Source: Nitrospirales bacterium
GTDB lineage: Bacteria > Nitrospirota > Nitrospiria > Nitrospirales > UBA8639
Reading direction: 5' to 3'
Assembly (NCBI GenBank): GCA_963422365.1
Contig: OY729426.1
Location: 1,568,001-1,632,000, forward strand
Length of the DNA stretch: 64,000 nucleotides
Shown: one piece after another, positions 1 to 10,427 of the stretch
Layout of the letters: each line of letters starts with the position of its first letter
How positions within the stretch are numbered: the stretch's first letter is position 1
Made by a program: the position numbers and the translations under genes
The notes under the pieces: generated by a model
The model's database searches: none
The model's input: only the letters and a program-made list of their open reading frames with translations
What the model was told of the DNA's origin: nothing

Positions 1-933
1 TCGCCCATCTATGGGAAGTTTACGGCAGAGCCATTTGAACGTGGGTTTGGGACAACAGTCGGCAACGCGCTGCGACGCGTGTTGTTGTCCTCGTTAACTG
101 GTGCAGCCGTAACCTCCGTCAAAATAGAAGGTGCGTTTCATGAATTTTCCACACTCCCTGGCGTCACGGAAGACGTGACCATTATCATTTTGAACGTCAA
201 AAATCTGCGTCTGAAACTCCATACCGATAAATCGAAAGCGATGCGGTTGAAGAAAAAAGGGCCGAGCGAAGCTCGTGCTGCCGATATTCAGCATGATGCG
301 GATGTGACGATTTTAAATCCTGAATTGCATATTGCGACATTAGACAAAGATGGTGTGATTGATATAGAGTTCATTGTGAAGCCGGGACGAGGGTATGTTC
401 CGGCTGAACGGAATAAAGAAGAAGGGTTGCCCATTGGAGTTATTCCGGTCGATTCGGTTTTTTCCCCAATTAAACGGGTGAACTTTCATGTGGAAAACGC
501 CCGTGTGGGACGTGTGACGGATTATGATAAATTGAATCTTGAGGTTTGGACCGACGGAAGCATGACTCCGCAAGAGGCGGTTTCCTCATCGGCCTTTATT
601 CTTCGAGAACATTTGTCCATTTGCATGCCCGGTGAAGAAATGAAAGAAGTGGAACATGGTCCCGCTCACGAAGAAACGCAAGCCGAATTGCATAAACATC
701 TGGCGCGAAGTGTGAATGAGTTGGAACTTTCCGTGCGTGCGGCGAATTGTCTCAAAAATGCGAATATCAAAACCATTGAAGACCTTGTGCAGAAAACAGA
801 AATGGAGATGCTGAAAACGAAAAATTTTGGAAAAAAATCTCTCAATGAAATCAAAGAAGTTTTAACCGAAATGGGGTTGAACTTAGGTCTCAGAAGAGAG
901 AGTCTGGTGCAGACCAACAACCAATCGCATTAA
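1..933 (+). CDS. rpoA: RNA polymerase alpha subunit (5' partial)
   Basis: Frame open from base 1 ([31 protein letters not shown]); alpha-CTD motif [17 protein letters not shown]...[12 protein letters not shown]; precedes rplQ. Confidence 0.98.
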   Translation, partial: SPIYGKFTAEPFERGFGTTVGNALRRVLLSSLTGAAVTSVKIEGAFHEFSTLPGVTEDVTIIILNVKNLRLKLHTDKSKAMRLKKKGPSEARAADIQHDADVTILNPELHIATLDKDGVIDIEFIVKPGRGYVPAERNKEEGLPIGVIPVDSVFSPIKRVNFHVENARVGRVTDYDKLNLEVWTDGSMTPQEAVSSSAFILREHLSICMPGEEMKEVEHGPAHEETQAELHKHLARSVNELELSVRAANCLKNANIKTIEDLVQKTEMEMLKTKNFGKKSLNEIKEVLTEMGLNLGLRRESLVQTNNQSH

Positions 934-956
934 CATTTTAGGAAGAGAGCCGTATT

Positions 957-1373
957 GTGCGTCATCGAAAAAAAGGCAGACAGTTAGGGCGAAATACCAA
1001 ACATCGACACGCGATGTTTAGAAACCTTGTGACCGCGTTACTGGAACACGAACGTATCGAGACCACAGAGGCAAAAGCCAAAGAGATCCGCGGCATCACT
1101 GAACAAATGATTACCTTGGGAAAAGATGGCTCTCTTCATGCTCGACGGCGCGCCTTAGATTTTGTTCGGAAAAAAGACGTCGTGTCCAAATTGTTCGGCG
1201 ATGTTGCAGGACGATTTCGTAGCCAGCCCGGGGGCTATATTCGGATCATTCCCACGAGACGCCGACCTGGGGATGCTGCAGAATTGGTGGCTATCGAGTT
1301 GATCGAGCGTGGGCCGGTGGTTGCCTCTGATCTTTCTGAACCCGTGGCTGAAGAGACTCAGAAGGCCTCATAA
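957..1373 (+). CDS. rplQ: 50S ribosomal protein L17
   Basis: MRHRKKGRQLGR...ERIETTEAKAKE...GGYIRI...RRPGDAA; canonical position after rpoA. Confidence 0.98.
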   Translation: MRHRKKGRQLGRNTKHRHAMFRNLVTALLEHERIETTEAKAKEIRGITEQMITLGKDGSLHARRRALDFVRKKDVVSKLFGDVAGRFRSQPGGYIRIIPTRRRPGDAAELVAIELIERGPVVASDLSEPVAEETQKAS

Positions 1374-1542
1374 TCTTCTCGCGATTCTCTCCTTTCCGTC
1401 CGTCTAGCCTTGGAAGATTTCCATGACTTGCCGTCCTGCTCCCCATCCGTTGCTCTCAGTCGTAGGCGAACCTTGTTTCAGGAATCTCTTCTCTGCAACC
1501 GTTTAGTTTACTTGGTTTGTGGCGTATGGTATTCTGTGACAA

Positions 1543-2151
1543 GTGTCTCCCAAGCCGTTCACGTACGCACGTATATCTCACTTATGGATTCGATGGGTTT
1601 TGCGAGGCATGACCCTTGGTCTTGCCGGGTTTCTCGGGTACGTCCTGATTCAGCAAGTGCAGTCCAATCATCCCCTTCCGGTGATGATAGCGCCAGTCTT
1701 TGAAACAACCGATGCCGACATAGAAGGTTTTATCTATCGTCAAACTGAGGAAGGGCAAGTCCAGTGGGAGGTGGAAGCGCAAAAAGCCGAAGTCTATGAA
1801 TCCGAGCAGCACTTGCGGCTTCAACAGGTTCAAGTTCGGTTGTTTAACCGGTACGGTCACGAGCAAGAGATGAAGCTAGAGGCTGAAGAAGGAACGATTA
1901 ATACAGCCAACGGCAATTTTTCTCTTCGAAATCAGGAAGAATTGATCGCGATTGAATTGGCAAATGGGTATACGATCCTTACCCCGCATCTTCACTGGGC
2001 TGATAAGGAGCAGACAATCAGTACGAATAGACCGGTGATCATCCACGGGCATGGACTAACCATTAGGGGTATTGGGTTAATCGCAGAGTTGAAAACAGAA
2101 AAGTTGGGAGTCCTTGATGATGTGCACGTTCAGATTACGTCCTCAATATAA
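1543..2151 (+). CDS. lptC: LPS export periplasmic protein LptC
   Basis: N-terminal TM helix, beta-rich periplasmic domain (QWEVEAQKAEVY, TPHLHW...ISTNRPVII); upstream of lptA-lptB. Confidence 0.8.
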   Translation: MSPKPFTYARISHLWIRWVLRGMTLGLAGFLGYVLIQQVQSNHPLPVMIAPVFETTDADIEGFIYRQTEEGQVQWEVEAQKAEVYESEQHLRLQQVQVRLFNRYGHEQEMKLEAEEGTINTANGNFSLRNQEELIAIELANGYTILTPHLHWADKEQTISTNRPVIIHGHGLTIRGIGLIAELKTEKLGVLDDVHVQITSSI

Positions 2152-2641
2152 CCATCCAATTCCTCTCGCGCTTCTGCTTTGTGGTCTTGTCTGGGTGCAG
2201 ACACTACCGTTCGGTTTTGCTGAAGAAAGAGAGCAAACGACGATTACTTCACAGATGATGACCTTCCAAGGAAAATCCAGCCAGACGATCTTTGAAGGCA
2301 TGGTGGTCCTCGAAAAAGGGGACCTCGTCATGCGATCCGATCATATGATTGTGACGTTTAAAAAAGGCGCACCAGAGGGAAACCAGGAAACGAAAGGAGA
2401 GAGCCCGCATCAGATTGACCACATTGAGGCCAGCGGAAAAGTGGTCATTGAGAAATCAGATGGGAAGGCGACGTGCGGACGCGCGTTCTATTATAAAGAT
2501 GAAGAAAAACTCGTCCTGACTGAGTCGCCGGTGGCCTGGCAAGTTGGGATAAAGGTTGAAGGATCCCAAATGACCATGTTTTTAAAGGAAGATCGAAGCA
2601 TCGTCGAAGGGGGATCCCATGTGCTTATTCTCGAAGAGTAG
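2114..2641 (+). CDS. lptA: LPS transport periplasmic protein LptA (OstA-like)
   Basis: Signal peptide; TIFEGMVVLEKGDLVMRSD, IEASGKVVI, KATCGRAFYY...LVLTESP; synteny. Confidence 0.85.
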   Translation: MMMCTFRLRPQYNHPIPLALLLCGLVWVQTLPFGFAEEREQTTITSQMMTFQGKSSQTIFEGMVVLEKGDLVMRSDHMIVTFKKGAPEGNQETKGESPHQIDHIEASGKVVIEKSDGKATCGRAFYYKDEEKLVLTESPVAWQVGIKVEGSQMTMFLKEDRSIVEGGSHVLILEE

Positions 2642-2655
2642 GGACCGTACGGCTG

Positions 2656-3414
2656 TTGACCATCGTTGAGCAGTTACAGCCTGTCATGGGGCATTCTCGG
2701 CTTTCTGTCAAGGAACTGCGCAAAAGTTTCAAAGGACGGGATGCCGTTCGTGGCGTCTCGTTAGAAGTTGAATCAGGAGAAATTGTCGGGTTATTGGGGC
2801 CGAATGGAGCAGGAAAAACGACAATTTTCGACATGGTGGTTGGCCTTTGCCAGCCCGATCATGGACAGATTCTCTTAAATCAAGATCCGATCACGGCCTT
2901 GCCGATGTACCAGAGGGCTCGCCGCGGGATTGGGTATCTCCCTCAAGAAGCCTCTGTTTTTCGTCGATTGTCCGTTCAAGATAATATTTGTGCTGTTTTA
3001 GAAACCCTGGACCTTTCTCAGGCTGAGCGGCATGAACGCCTGGAGCGCTTATTGAATGAGCTCAGGTTAGCCAATCTTCGAAAAAGCAAAGCCTTCACCC
3101 TTTCCGGCGGAGAGCGTCGTCGGTTAGAAATCACGAGGGCCCTAGCCACGACCCCTCAATTTTTGTTGTTAGATGAACCATTTGCCAGCATTGATCCCAT
3201 TGCGGTTGTCGACCTTCAAAAAATCATTCACTCTTTGAAAAGAAAAAACATCGGGATTCTCACGACGGATCATAACGTGCAAGAAACGCTTTCCATAACC
3301 GATCGGGCGTATATCATTAATGAAGGAACGATTCTGGCGTCAGGGACTTCGGAAACTATTGTCAGGAGCCCCAAAGTCAGAGAGATCTATTTAGGCGAAC
3401 GCTTTAAACTCTGA
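2656..3414 (+). CDS. lptB: LPS export ABC ATPase LptB (start may be ATG 2686)
   Basis: GPNGAGKTT, GYLPQEASVFR, LSGGERRRLEITRAL, LLDEPF; upstream of rpoN. Confidence 0.95.
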   Translation: MTIVEQLQPVMGHSRLSVKELRKSFKGRDAVRGVSLEVESGEIVGLLGPNGAGKTTIFDMVVGLCQPDHGQILLNQDPITALPMYQRARRGIGYLPQEASVFRRLSVQDNICAVLETLDLSQAERHERLERLLNELRLANLRKSKAFTLSGGERRRLEITRALATTPQFLLLDEPFASIDPIAVVDLQKIIHSLKRKNIGILTTDHNVQETLSITDRAYIINEGTILASGTSETIVRSPKVREIYLGERFKL

Positions 3415-3439
3415 ACATTTCAGCCTGGCCTGGCCGACC

Positions 3440-4972
3440 GTGATGGAACTCAAACTCGATCTTCGCCTGAGTCAGAAGTTGGTGATGACTCCCCAACTTC
3501 AACAAGCCATCAAATTATTGCAGTTATCCAGACTGGAATTACAGCAAGTGCTCTCTCAACATTTGATGGACAATCCACTTCTTGAAGAGGTGGGCGCTGA
3601 TTCGGATGAGGGAGATGGGCCAACGCCGGAAGAGACGGCTCCTGAGAGAAAGGAAGAAGTGGCTGGCCAGACTGATGCCGGCGACAGTGATGCCTCCAGC
3701 GAGGCTGGAGCAGGAGAAACGAATGAACTTTCCGAACCGCTCTCGCCAGAAGGATGGGCAGATTATTATGAAAGTGATTGGCGACCGAGAGGTGGTGATG
3801 GTCAGGCGTTCTCAGACGAAGATTTTCCATCTTATGACCAAACGCTGACGAAACCGACGACACTAGAAGATCACTTGCTATGGCAGTTATGGCTTTCTTC
3901 CGAGGATGAGGAAGAGAAAGCCATCGGCCATATGATCATTGGCAATCTCGATGAAGATGGGTATCTTCGCACATCGATCGAGGAAATTTCCGAAGAAGCT
4001 GGGGTGTCCGTCAAAAAGGTGGATTCTGTTTTATCCTTAGTGCAAACGTTCGATCCCATCGGTGTGGCTGCCCGCGATCTTCAAGAATGTTTGTTGATTC
4101 AACTTTGCCACCTTCATAAAAAACCCGTTGGAAGTGACTATGTTCATGGCGGTGCTCATCAGGAATCATTGCTCGAACTGATTATCAAGAACCATCTTCG
4201 CGACCTCCAGAAAAAACGATATCCCACTGTCGCCAAAGAAGTCGGGAGGTCTGTTGAAGAGATTTTGGAGGCAGTACATATCATTGAAGGCTTAGAGCCA
4301 AAACCTGGACGGCCCTATTTTTCCGACAACAACCAAATCATCGTGCCCGATGTCTTTGTGTTTAAACACGAAGGCGAATGGCAGGTGTCCCTGAATGACG
4401 ATGGGATGCCTCGTGTGCAGATCAACCCTTATTATACGCGGATGTTAGGACCGAACAGCGGAGATGGAGACGCCACGAGGGCTTACGTGGAGGATAAATT
4501 GCGAGGGGCTCAGTGGATCATTCGTAGCCTTGAGCAGAGAAACAAAACGATTCTGAAGGTGGTCAAAAGCCTCATCACATTCCAAGAACTCTTTTTGGAA
4601 AAAGGTGTGCAGGCCTTGAAGCCACTTGTGCTGAAGCAAGTGGCTGAAGATGTGGGCATGCATGAGTCGACCATCAGTCGGGTGACGACGAATAAATATA
4701 TGTATTGCCCCCAGGGCATGCTGGAACTGAAGTTTTTCTTTAACACGGGCATTCAACGGTCGGAACCGGGTACTGAAGAGTTATCTTCGATCACTGTTCG
4801 TGAGTTGATTCGTGAAATGGTGGGGCAAGAAAATCCCAGCAACCCCTTGAAAGATCAAGAAATTGCGTCGAGGTTGCGCGCCAGAGGGATCGTCATTGCG
4901 AGACGGACGATTGCCAAGTATCGGGCCGAACTCAATATCGCGCCGGCCAGTCAGCGAAAACGTCTCTATTGA
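3440..4972 (+). CDS. rpoN: RNA polymerase sigma-54 factor
   Basis: [15 protein letters not shown] region [17 protein letters not shown], RpoN box ARRTIAKYR. Confidence 0.98.
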   Translation: MMELKLDLRLSQKLVMTPQLQQAIKLLQLSRLELQQVLSQHLMDNPLLEEVGADSDEGDGPTPEETAPERKEEVAGQTDAGDSDASSEAGAGETNELSEPLSPEGWADYYESDWRPRGGDGQAFSDEDFPSYDQTLTKPTTLEDHLLWQLWLSSEDEEEKAIGHMIIGNLDEDGYLRTSIEEISEEAGVSVKKVDSVLSLVQTFDPIGVAARDLQECLLIQLCHLHKKPVGSDYVHGGAHQESLLELIIKNHLRDLQKKRYPTVAKEVGRSVEEILEAVHIIEGLEPKPGRPYFSDNNQIIVPDVFVFKHEGEWQVSLNDDGMPRVQINPYYTRMLGPNSGDGDATRAYVEDKLRGAQWIIRSLEQRNKTILKVVKSLITFQELFLEKGVQALKPLVLKQVAEDVGMHESTISRVTTNKYMYCPQGMLELKFFFNTGIQRSEPGTEELSSITVRELIREMVGQENPSNPLKDQEIASRLRARGIVIARRTIAKYRAELNIAPASQRKRLY

Positions 4973-5069
4973 GCGTCGTCCCACCGAGTTCAATGTTTGC
5001 GTCTTCACCTTGCTTTCAAGGAGTGCCTCTCGTGTCGATGAGAAAGACACACGTCCTCTTGAGGCCACT

Positions 5070-5956
5070 GTGAATGATAAAGGATCAGAGCATTCATTTC
5101 GTCTCGTTATTGTCAGTGGTTTGTCCGGCTCAGGAAAAACCCAAGCGCTGAAATGTCTGGAGGATATCGGGTTCTTCTGTGTGGACAATCTCCCTCTGGC
5201 GCTGTTCCTCGCATTTGCAGAATTTTGTGGCCAACGGAGTCACCCTGTGCGAAAGGTTGCCTTGTGTTTTGGTATTCGCGCTCGCGATTTTTTTCGGATT
5301 TTTTTGAAAATCTCAAACGGCTCCAAGCGAGTGCCTCCATCGTGGAATTGTTGTATTTGGAAGCGAATAATGTTGTCTTGACACGTCGTTTTTCTGAATC
5401 CCGTCGTCCCCACCCTCTCCTGCCTCAGCAGTCCGTTCTTGAAGGGATCCGACTCGAACGACAACACCTTGCCGAATTCCGTTCTCGCGCTGACCAGGTG
5501 TTGGATACCTCAGAACTGACCGTGCATGAACTTCGAGAGTGGATGGTGCAACAGTACAGCGATGAGGGCTATCGGCACTCGATGAAGGTATCCGTGATGA
5601 CGTTTGGGTATAAGTTTGGCGTGCCCTACGAAGCCGATTTCGTGTTTGATGTTCGATTTTTGCAAAATCCGCACTTCGTTCCTGCCTTGAAGCCGTTAAC
5701 GGGAAATGACAAAAACATTCAGCGTTATGTTCTCGAAAACAAAAAGGCCCAAGGTTTTCTTGAGCACATGAAGAGTGTTTTTGAATTTCTCCTTCCGCTG
5801 TTTGAACGAGAACAGAGAAGTTATTTGACCATAGCCATCGGCTGTACAGGTGGGAGGCACCGTTCCGTCGCGATTGCGAATGAGGTAAAGAACCTGTTTG
5901 CACGATTAGGTTGCAGGGCCACACTCAGCCACCGAGACGTGGATCGTACCGAATAG
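5070..5956 (+). pseudogene. rapZ: RNase adapter RapZ/YvcJ, frameshifted (or homopolymer sequencing error)
   Basis: N-terminus [10 protein letters not shown]...[13 protein letters not shown] in one frame; C-terminus RRFSESRRPHPL, FGYKFGVP, DVRFLQNP, IGCTGGRHRS in another; the shift maps to the T7 run at 5288-5294. Confidence 0.9.
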
Positions 5957-6268
5957 TAACGTGACAGTTCTTTGCTCGTTCGGGGCGACGGTTCTTTTTC
6001 CTTCCTTGCGAGCTCTTTTGATTGAGACTGATGCGACTGACTCGTGACGCAAATAGCGACGAGGAAACGCGGTTCTCTTTGCGAAAAATATGGGGCTGTC
6101 AGCCAAATCGCTGTTGTTTGACGGTCAATCTAGAACAGTGTAGAGTTAAAATCTTTTCAGCGGGAATGTTAGGGATTTTGCCTACATGTCGTGATGCGAA
6201 AAAGAGGGAGGCTCGTCAAACGGCTTTTCCGAGTATGCCTGTCAACCCGACCTCGCAAGTGACAGCCA

Positions 6269-7342
6269 ATGATGAAACGACTCCGGAGGTGGGCCAATGT
6301 GTTTTCGCAACCGCAAACCTGTGTCGGGTTAGACATTGGCTCTTCCACGATCAAGATTATTCAGCTTGAGCAACGTGCCGCCCGGTATCGTCTTAAACGA
6401 TTTGGATTACGCAGCCTCGAATCAGGTGTCGTGGAAGAGGCCGCGAGCCACAACTCTCATCGGCTTAAAGCCGCACTCATTGATCTGATTCAAGAACTGG
6501 AATTGCTCGGCAGCCCCGTTGCGATCTCTTTATCCGGACCATCGGTGATGGTCAAGCGGATACACGTATCTGGCGTCGAGCAAGATGCTCTTGATGAATA
6601 TTTAACATGGGAAGGCCAGCAATACATTCCCTATGCGATGAGTGATATTTATTTTGATTATTGGATTCTTCCTCCCCCTCACCATCGACCAGCCTCTACG
6701 GATATGGATGTGCTGCTTGTAGCTGCCAAGCAACAGGCGGTTGAAAGCCGGAAAACATTGTTGGAAGAGATTGGCGTGCATCCGATTGTGTGTGATGTCG
6801 ATGGTCTTGCGTTGCTGAAGACAATTATGTGGAAAAGTCCAACCTTCCGTGGACGGTCATTCGGCATTGCAAATGTGGGAGCAAGCGGAATGAATATTGT
6901 ATGTGTGGCTAATGAGTATCCCCTCGTGGTCCGAGACGTCAGCTTTGAGGGAACTCCCTCGAGCCGAGCATCTGACGATGCACTAGAGGGCGCGGTCGAA
7001 GACGCCGCTGCTCATGGTTTCCTTCAGGGTGAAATCGGTTACGCGGACCAGCCATGGTTGGTGGCGGAAGTCGTAAGGGAAATCAAACGCTGTTTCGAGT
7101 CTATCTTGGAACGCCATCCAGAACTCAGCGTAGAAAAAATGTTCCTGTGTGGAGGACAATCGAAAAACCCACGATTGCAAAGTGAATTGCAAAAGGCTTT
7201 GGCCATTCCCACTCTAGTATTCAATCCTTTTGACGCAAGCGAATATCTGACCGATCACCAAGAAAGGGACCATCTGTCGGCTTTAGCCCATCTTGGAGGG
7301 GTGGCTATGGGTTTAGCCCTTCATAAGGACAACCATGGTTAG
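6269..7342 (+). CDS. pilM: Type IV pilus assembly protein PilM
   Basis: VGLDIGSSTIKII, QYIPY...IYFDY, VLLVAAK, LCGGQS, MGLALH. Confidence 0.9.
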   Translation: MMKRLRRWANVFSQPQTCVGLDIGSSTIKIIQLEQRAARYRLKRFGLRSLESGVVEEAASHNSHRLKAALIDLIQELELLGSPVAISLSGPSVMVKRIHVSGVEQDALDEYLTWEGQQYIPYAMSDIYFDYWILPPPHHRPASTDMDVLLVAAKQQAVESRKTLLEEIGVHPIVCDVDGLALLKTIMWKSPTFRGRSFGIANVGASGMNIVCVANEYPLVVRDVSFEGTPSSRASDDALEGAVEDAAAHGFLQGEIGYADQPWLVAEVVREIKRCFESILERHPELSVEKMFLCGGQSKNPRLQSELQKALAIPTLVFNPFDASEYLTDHQERDHLSALAHLGGVAMGLALHKDNHG

Positions 7343-7907
7343 CATTAATCTACTGAAAGGCCAACAACCCTATGAGTGCCAAGTACGCCGCCGCTCCAAG
7401 TCAGAGCTGTTCGTAGGGGTCGTTGTCTTGGCAGGTGTCTGTGCGTTTTGGGGATGGATGGTCGTCGATGGGAATCACGCCGTGCAACGGCTTGAACAAG
7501 AAATACAAGAAAAACAGGCACGTGTGGCGTTGCTGCAAAAAACCCATCACCAGGTTCTGGCACTGGAGGAACGACGACAAACCATTTTCACTGAACACGA
7601 CAATCTCAAGGCATTGACACATGAGCTGACTAGACCCATTCGCCTGTTGTCAATAGTCAGCCAAGTGGTTGACCCTTTGGATGTGTGGTTGCTGCATCTT
7701 CAGGCAAAAGATGACAAGATCATATTGTCCGGTTTTGCTCGTTCCCTCAAAGAGATTTTGACACTTGCGAAGGATTTCGAAAAGACCGATATGCTTGGAC
7801 CAGTCAATGTTTTTGAGACTCAGGCCCACGTGGGCCAGTCTGACCTCTTTCAATTTTCGATGAATATATTCATGGACTCAACGGATGATGGTCGAAAGAA
7901 TTCTTGA
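7335..7907 (+). CDS. pilN: Type IV pilus assembly protein PilN
   Basis: N-terminal INLL motif, one TM helix, coiled coil, VWLLHL...LSGFA. Confidence 0.88.
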   Translation: MVSINLLKGQQPYECQVRRRSKSELFVGVVVLAGVCAFWGWMVVDGNHAVQRLEQEIQEKQARVALLQKTHHQVLALEERRQTIFTEHDNLKALTHELTRPIRLLSIVSQVVDPLDVWLLHLQAKDDKIILSGFARSLKEILTLAKDFEKTDMLGPVNVFETQAHVGQSDLFQFSMNIFMDSTDDGRKNS

Positions 7908-8508
7908 TTGGGTGGAAGATACGCGTATGACCCAAAAGGTCATCGTCCTGCTTCTCTCGGTAGGGTTAACGTCGATCATCTTGTTTCAATTCGTTGTTGA
8001 ACCGCAGCAGCAACATGTCCAGGGCTTTCAGCAAACCCTCCGATCACTAGACCATCAACTTGCAACGATTGAGCAGAGCCATCAATTAGAGCCGCTCAAA
8101 GATGAAATCGCCAGACTGACTCCCCAACTCGAAGCGCAAAAAAAAGTATTGAGGCTTAAGGTGCCCGTGGAACAAATGCTTACAGACGTCTTAGACAAAG
8201 CGCAATCGGTTGGCGTGGTGCTCACGTCCTGGAAGTCAGAAGAGCCTGTTCCAATTCCGGAAACGGATTTGAATCGAGTCACGCTTCGGCTCTATACAGA
8301 GGGGCGATACCATGCTCTCGCGCACTTTCTTGAAGAACTTCAAACGCTTCCGAACACGTTGATGTTGAGGTCAATGGATTTGCAAGCCCAGGAACGAAGC
8401 GATGAGAGCCCTGAGCGACACATTCAAGCCTCCTTTGAACTGATAGGATTCCAGGCGATTGAGTTTGGAACAAAGGGGCAGCGCGTTCCTGAGAAGAGGG
8501 CAAGTTAA
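7885..8508 (+). CDS. pilO: Type IV pilus assembly protein PilO
   Basis: TM helix, coiled coil, EGRYHALAHFLEELQTLP motif; synteny. Confidence 0.88.
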   Translation: MMVERILDWVEDTRMTQKVIVLLLSVGLTSIILFQFVVEPQQQHVQGFQQTLRSLDHQLATIEQSHQLEPLKDEIARLTPQLEAQKKVLRLKVPVEQMLTDVLDKAQSVGVVLTSWKSEEPVPIPETDLNRVTLRLYTEGRYHALAHFLEELQTLPNTLMLRSMDLQAQERSDESPERHIQASFELIGFQAIEFGTKGQRVPEKRAS

Positions 8509-8527
8509 AGGAAAGATTCAGTCAGCC

Positions 8528-9043
8528 ATGATGCGTAGTGTTGCAGCGCTCGTCTCCGTGTTTTTCTTTTTGTTCTGTGGGAGTGCGCGATGGTTCTTTT
8601 CGACTCAAGTCCATGCAGGACCAGGTGAGCCGACGAAGGATCTGTTGTTCACGAATGCTCGCTTGAACGAGACCTCTCGCACATTTCGGTATCGTTCGGA
8701 TCACGATCGTGATCCTTTTTTACCGAAGTCGGTTTTCCAGAACAATGCCGGTTCTTCGTTGCAGAGGCAAGACATGAGCCACCAACCCGTGAAGGTGGTT
8801 GGAATCATGTCCTCCGCTCAAGGCCATTGGGCTGTTTTGGACTTTGAGGACGGGGAGCGACTCATTGTCAGGGTGGGGCAGGTTCTTTCCGCGTATTCCC
8901 AAGTCGTGAAACGTATCACGGATGAAGGGGTGATTCTTTCGGCTGTAGAAGGAAAGGCCCGTGTACGGTCTCAACCGGAGAGGACGTATTTGTTGTACGA
9001 AGAACGGGATTTTTTTGAACCGTATTCCAGAGAGAATTCCTGA
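8528..9043 (+). CDS. pilP: PilP-like pilus assembly protein
   Basis: YRSDHDRDPF motif, KVVGIM...WAVL...IVRVGQ...VKRIT; follows pilO. Confidence 0.75.
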   Translation: MMRSVAALVSVFFFLFCGSARWFFSTQVHAGPGEPTKDLLFTNARLNETSRTFRYRSDHDRDPFLPKSVFQNNAGSSLQRQDMSHQPVKVVGIMSSAQGHWAVLDFEDGERLIVRVGQVLSAYSQVVKRITDEGVILSAVEGKARVRSQPERTYLLYEERDFFEPYSRENS

Positions 9044-9175
9044 CCCTCGGAGCCCTGACAGATGAATGACGGTGGAGAGGGAAAGAAGGAAGGTGGCGAG
9101 CTTTGCGCGTAGCGTTGAGAGGTGACGGTCAGGGATAAAGGCCGATTGGGTGTGTGGTTTGACTGAAGGTGCAAG

Positions 9176-10336
9176 ATGTTACGTTATTTAAATGCGGGTG
9201 AATCCCATGGAAAGGGGCTGATGGCGGTGTTGGAAGGTGTCCCTGCCGGGCTTCCTCTCACTGCAGAAATGATCAATCAAGATTTAGCGAGAAGGCAGGG
9301 CGGGTATGGCCGTGGGGGGCGGATGCGAATTGAAAAGGATCAGATTGAATTTTACTGTGGAATCCGCAAAGGACAAACGTTAGGGAATCCATTAGGATTA
9401 TTGGTTCGTAATCGGGATTGGGAAAATTGGCAAGAGATTATGGCGGCTGAACCAGGCTCCCCATCAACGGAACGAGTGGTGACTCGTCCACGACCTGGTC
9501 ACGCCGATCTCGTGGGAGCGATTAAATATGGACATCAGGACATTCGCAACGTTCTTGAAAAAGCGAGTGCGAGAGAAACGGCCATCCGGGTGGCCCTCGG
9601 TGGCGTGGCCAAGGCGTTATTATCGGAATTTGATATGCGGGTGGTGAGTTATACGACCCGCATTGGATCAGTGGCGGTCCCGTCGCTCGATGATCCCTTG
9701 GCGGCCTATGAACGTGCGGAGCAGTCTCAAGTTCGGTGTCCTGATCCAGAAGCAAATGAAAAGATGATCGAGCAAATCCGATTGGCGAAACATAATGGTG
9801 ACTCATTGGGTGGAGTCTTCGAGGTGGTGGTAACCAACCCTCCCATTGGGTTGGGAAGTTACGTGCAGTGGGATCGACGCTTGAGCGCACGGTTGGCCAT
9901 GGCGGCTCTGAGTATCCAAGCCATGAAAGGTGTGGAAATTGGCATGGGGTTTGAATCTGCTTGTCGATTTGGGTCTGAAGTGCATGACGATATTTACCCT
10001 AGTGAGTCCAACCCGGGATTTGCACGAAAGACCAATCATGCCGGTGGGTTAGAAGGCGGCATGACGAATGGGCAACCCGTTGTCTTGCGGGTCGCCATGA
10101 AACCGATTGCCACCCTGTATCAACCAAAGAACAGTGTGGATATTCAAACGAAAGAACCATTTGAAGCCACGGTGGAACGTTCTGATATCTGTACGGTTCC
10201 TGCCGCTGGCGTGGTCGGGGAAGCCGTCATTGCCTATGAAATGGCCAATGCTATGTTAGAAAAGTTCAGCGGCGATAGCTTGGAGGAAATGAAACGAAAT
10301 TTCGACACCTACCAAGAATATGTAAAGAATTTCTGA
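9176..10336 (+). CDS. aroC: Chorismate synthase
   Basis: AGESHGKGL, RRQGGYGRGGRM, RPRPGHADL, SARETA, GGLEGGMTNG. Confidence 0.98.
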   Translation: MLRYLNAGESHGKGLMAVLEGVPAGLPLTAEMINQDLARRQGGYGRGGRMRIEKDQIEFYCGIRKGQTLGNPLGLLVRNRDWENWQEIMAAEPGSPSTERVVTRPRPGHADLVGAIKYGHQDIRNVLEKASARETAIRVALGGVAKALLSEFDMRVVSYTTRIGSVAVPSLDDPLAAYERAEQSQVRCPDPEANEKMIEQIRLAKHNGDSLGGVFEVVVTNPPIGLGSYVQWDRRLSARLAMAALSIQAMKGVEIGMGFESACRFGSEVHDDIYPSESNPGFARKTNHAGGLEGGMTNGQPVVLRVAMKPIATLYQPKNSVDIQTKEPFEATVERSDICTVPAAGVVGEAVIAYEMANAMLEKFSGDSLEEMKRNFDTYQEYVKNF

Positions 10337-10427
10337 GTTGTCGTGACCTGGTTTCACAATCCCTTTTCTCAATGACGATGAACCAATTGAATGGCTCAAC
10401 TCGAACAGCTGCGTGCAGGGGCTCAGC

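Noticed and set aside
5957..6268. c-di-GMP riboswitch or small gene upstream of pilM
   Set aside because: No convincing aptamer structure; ORF 6022-6369 has no recognisable features
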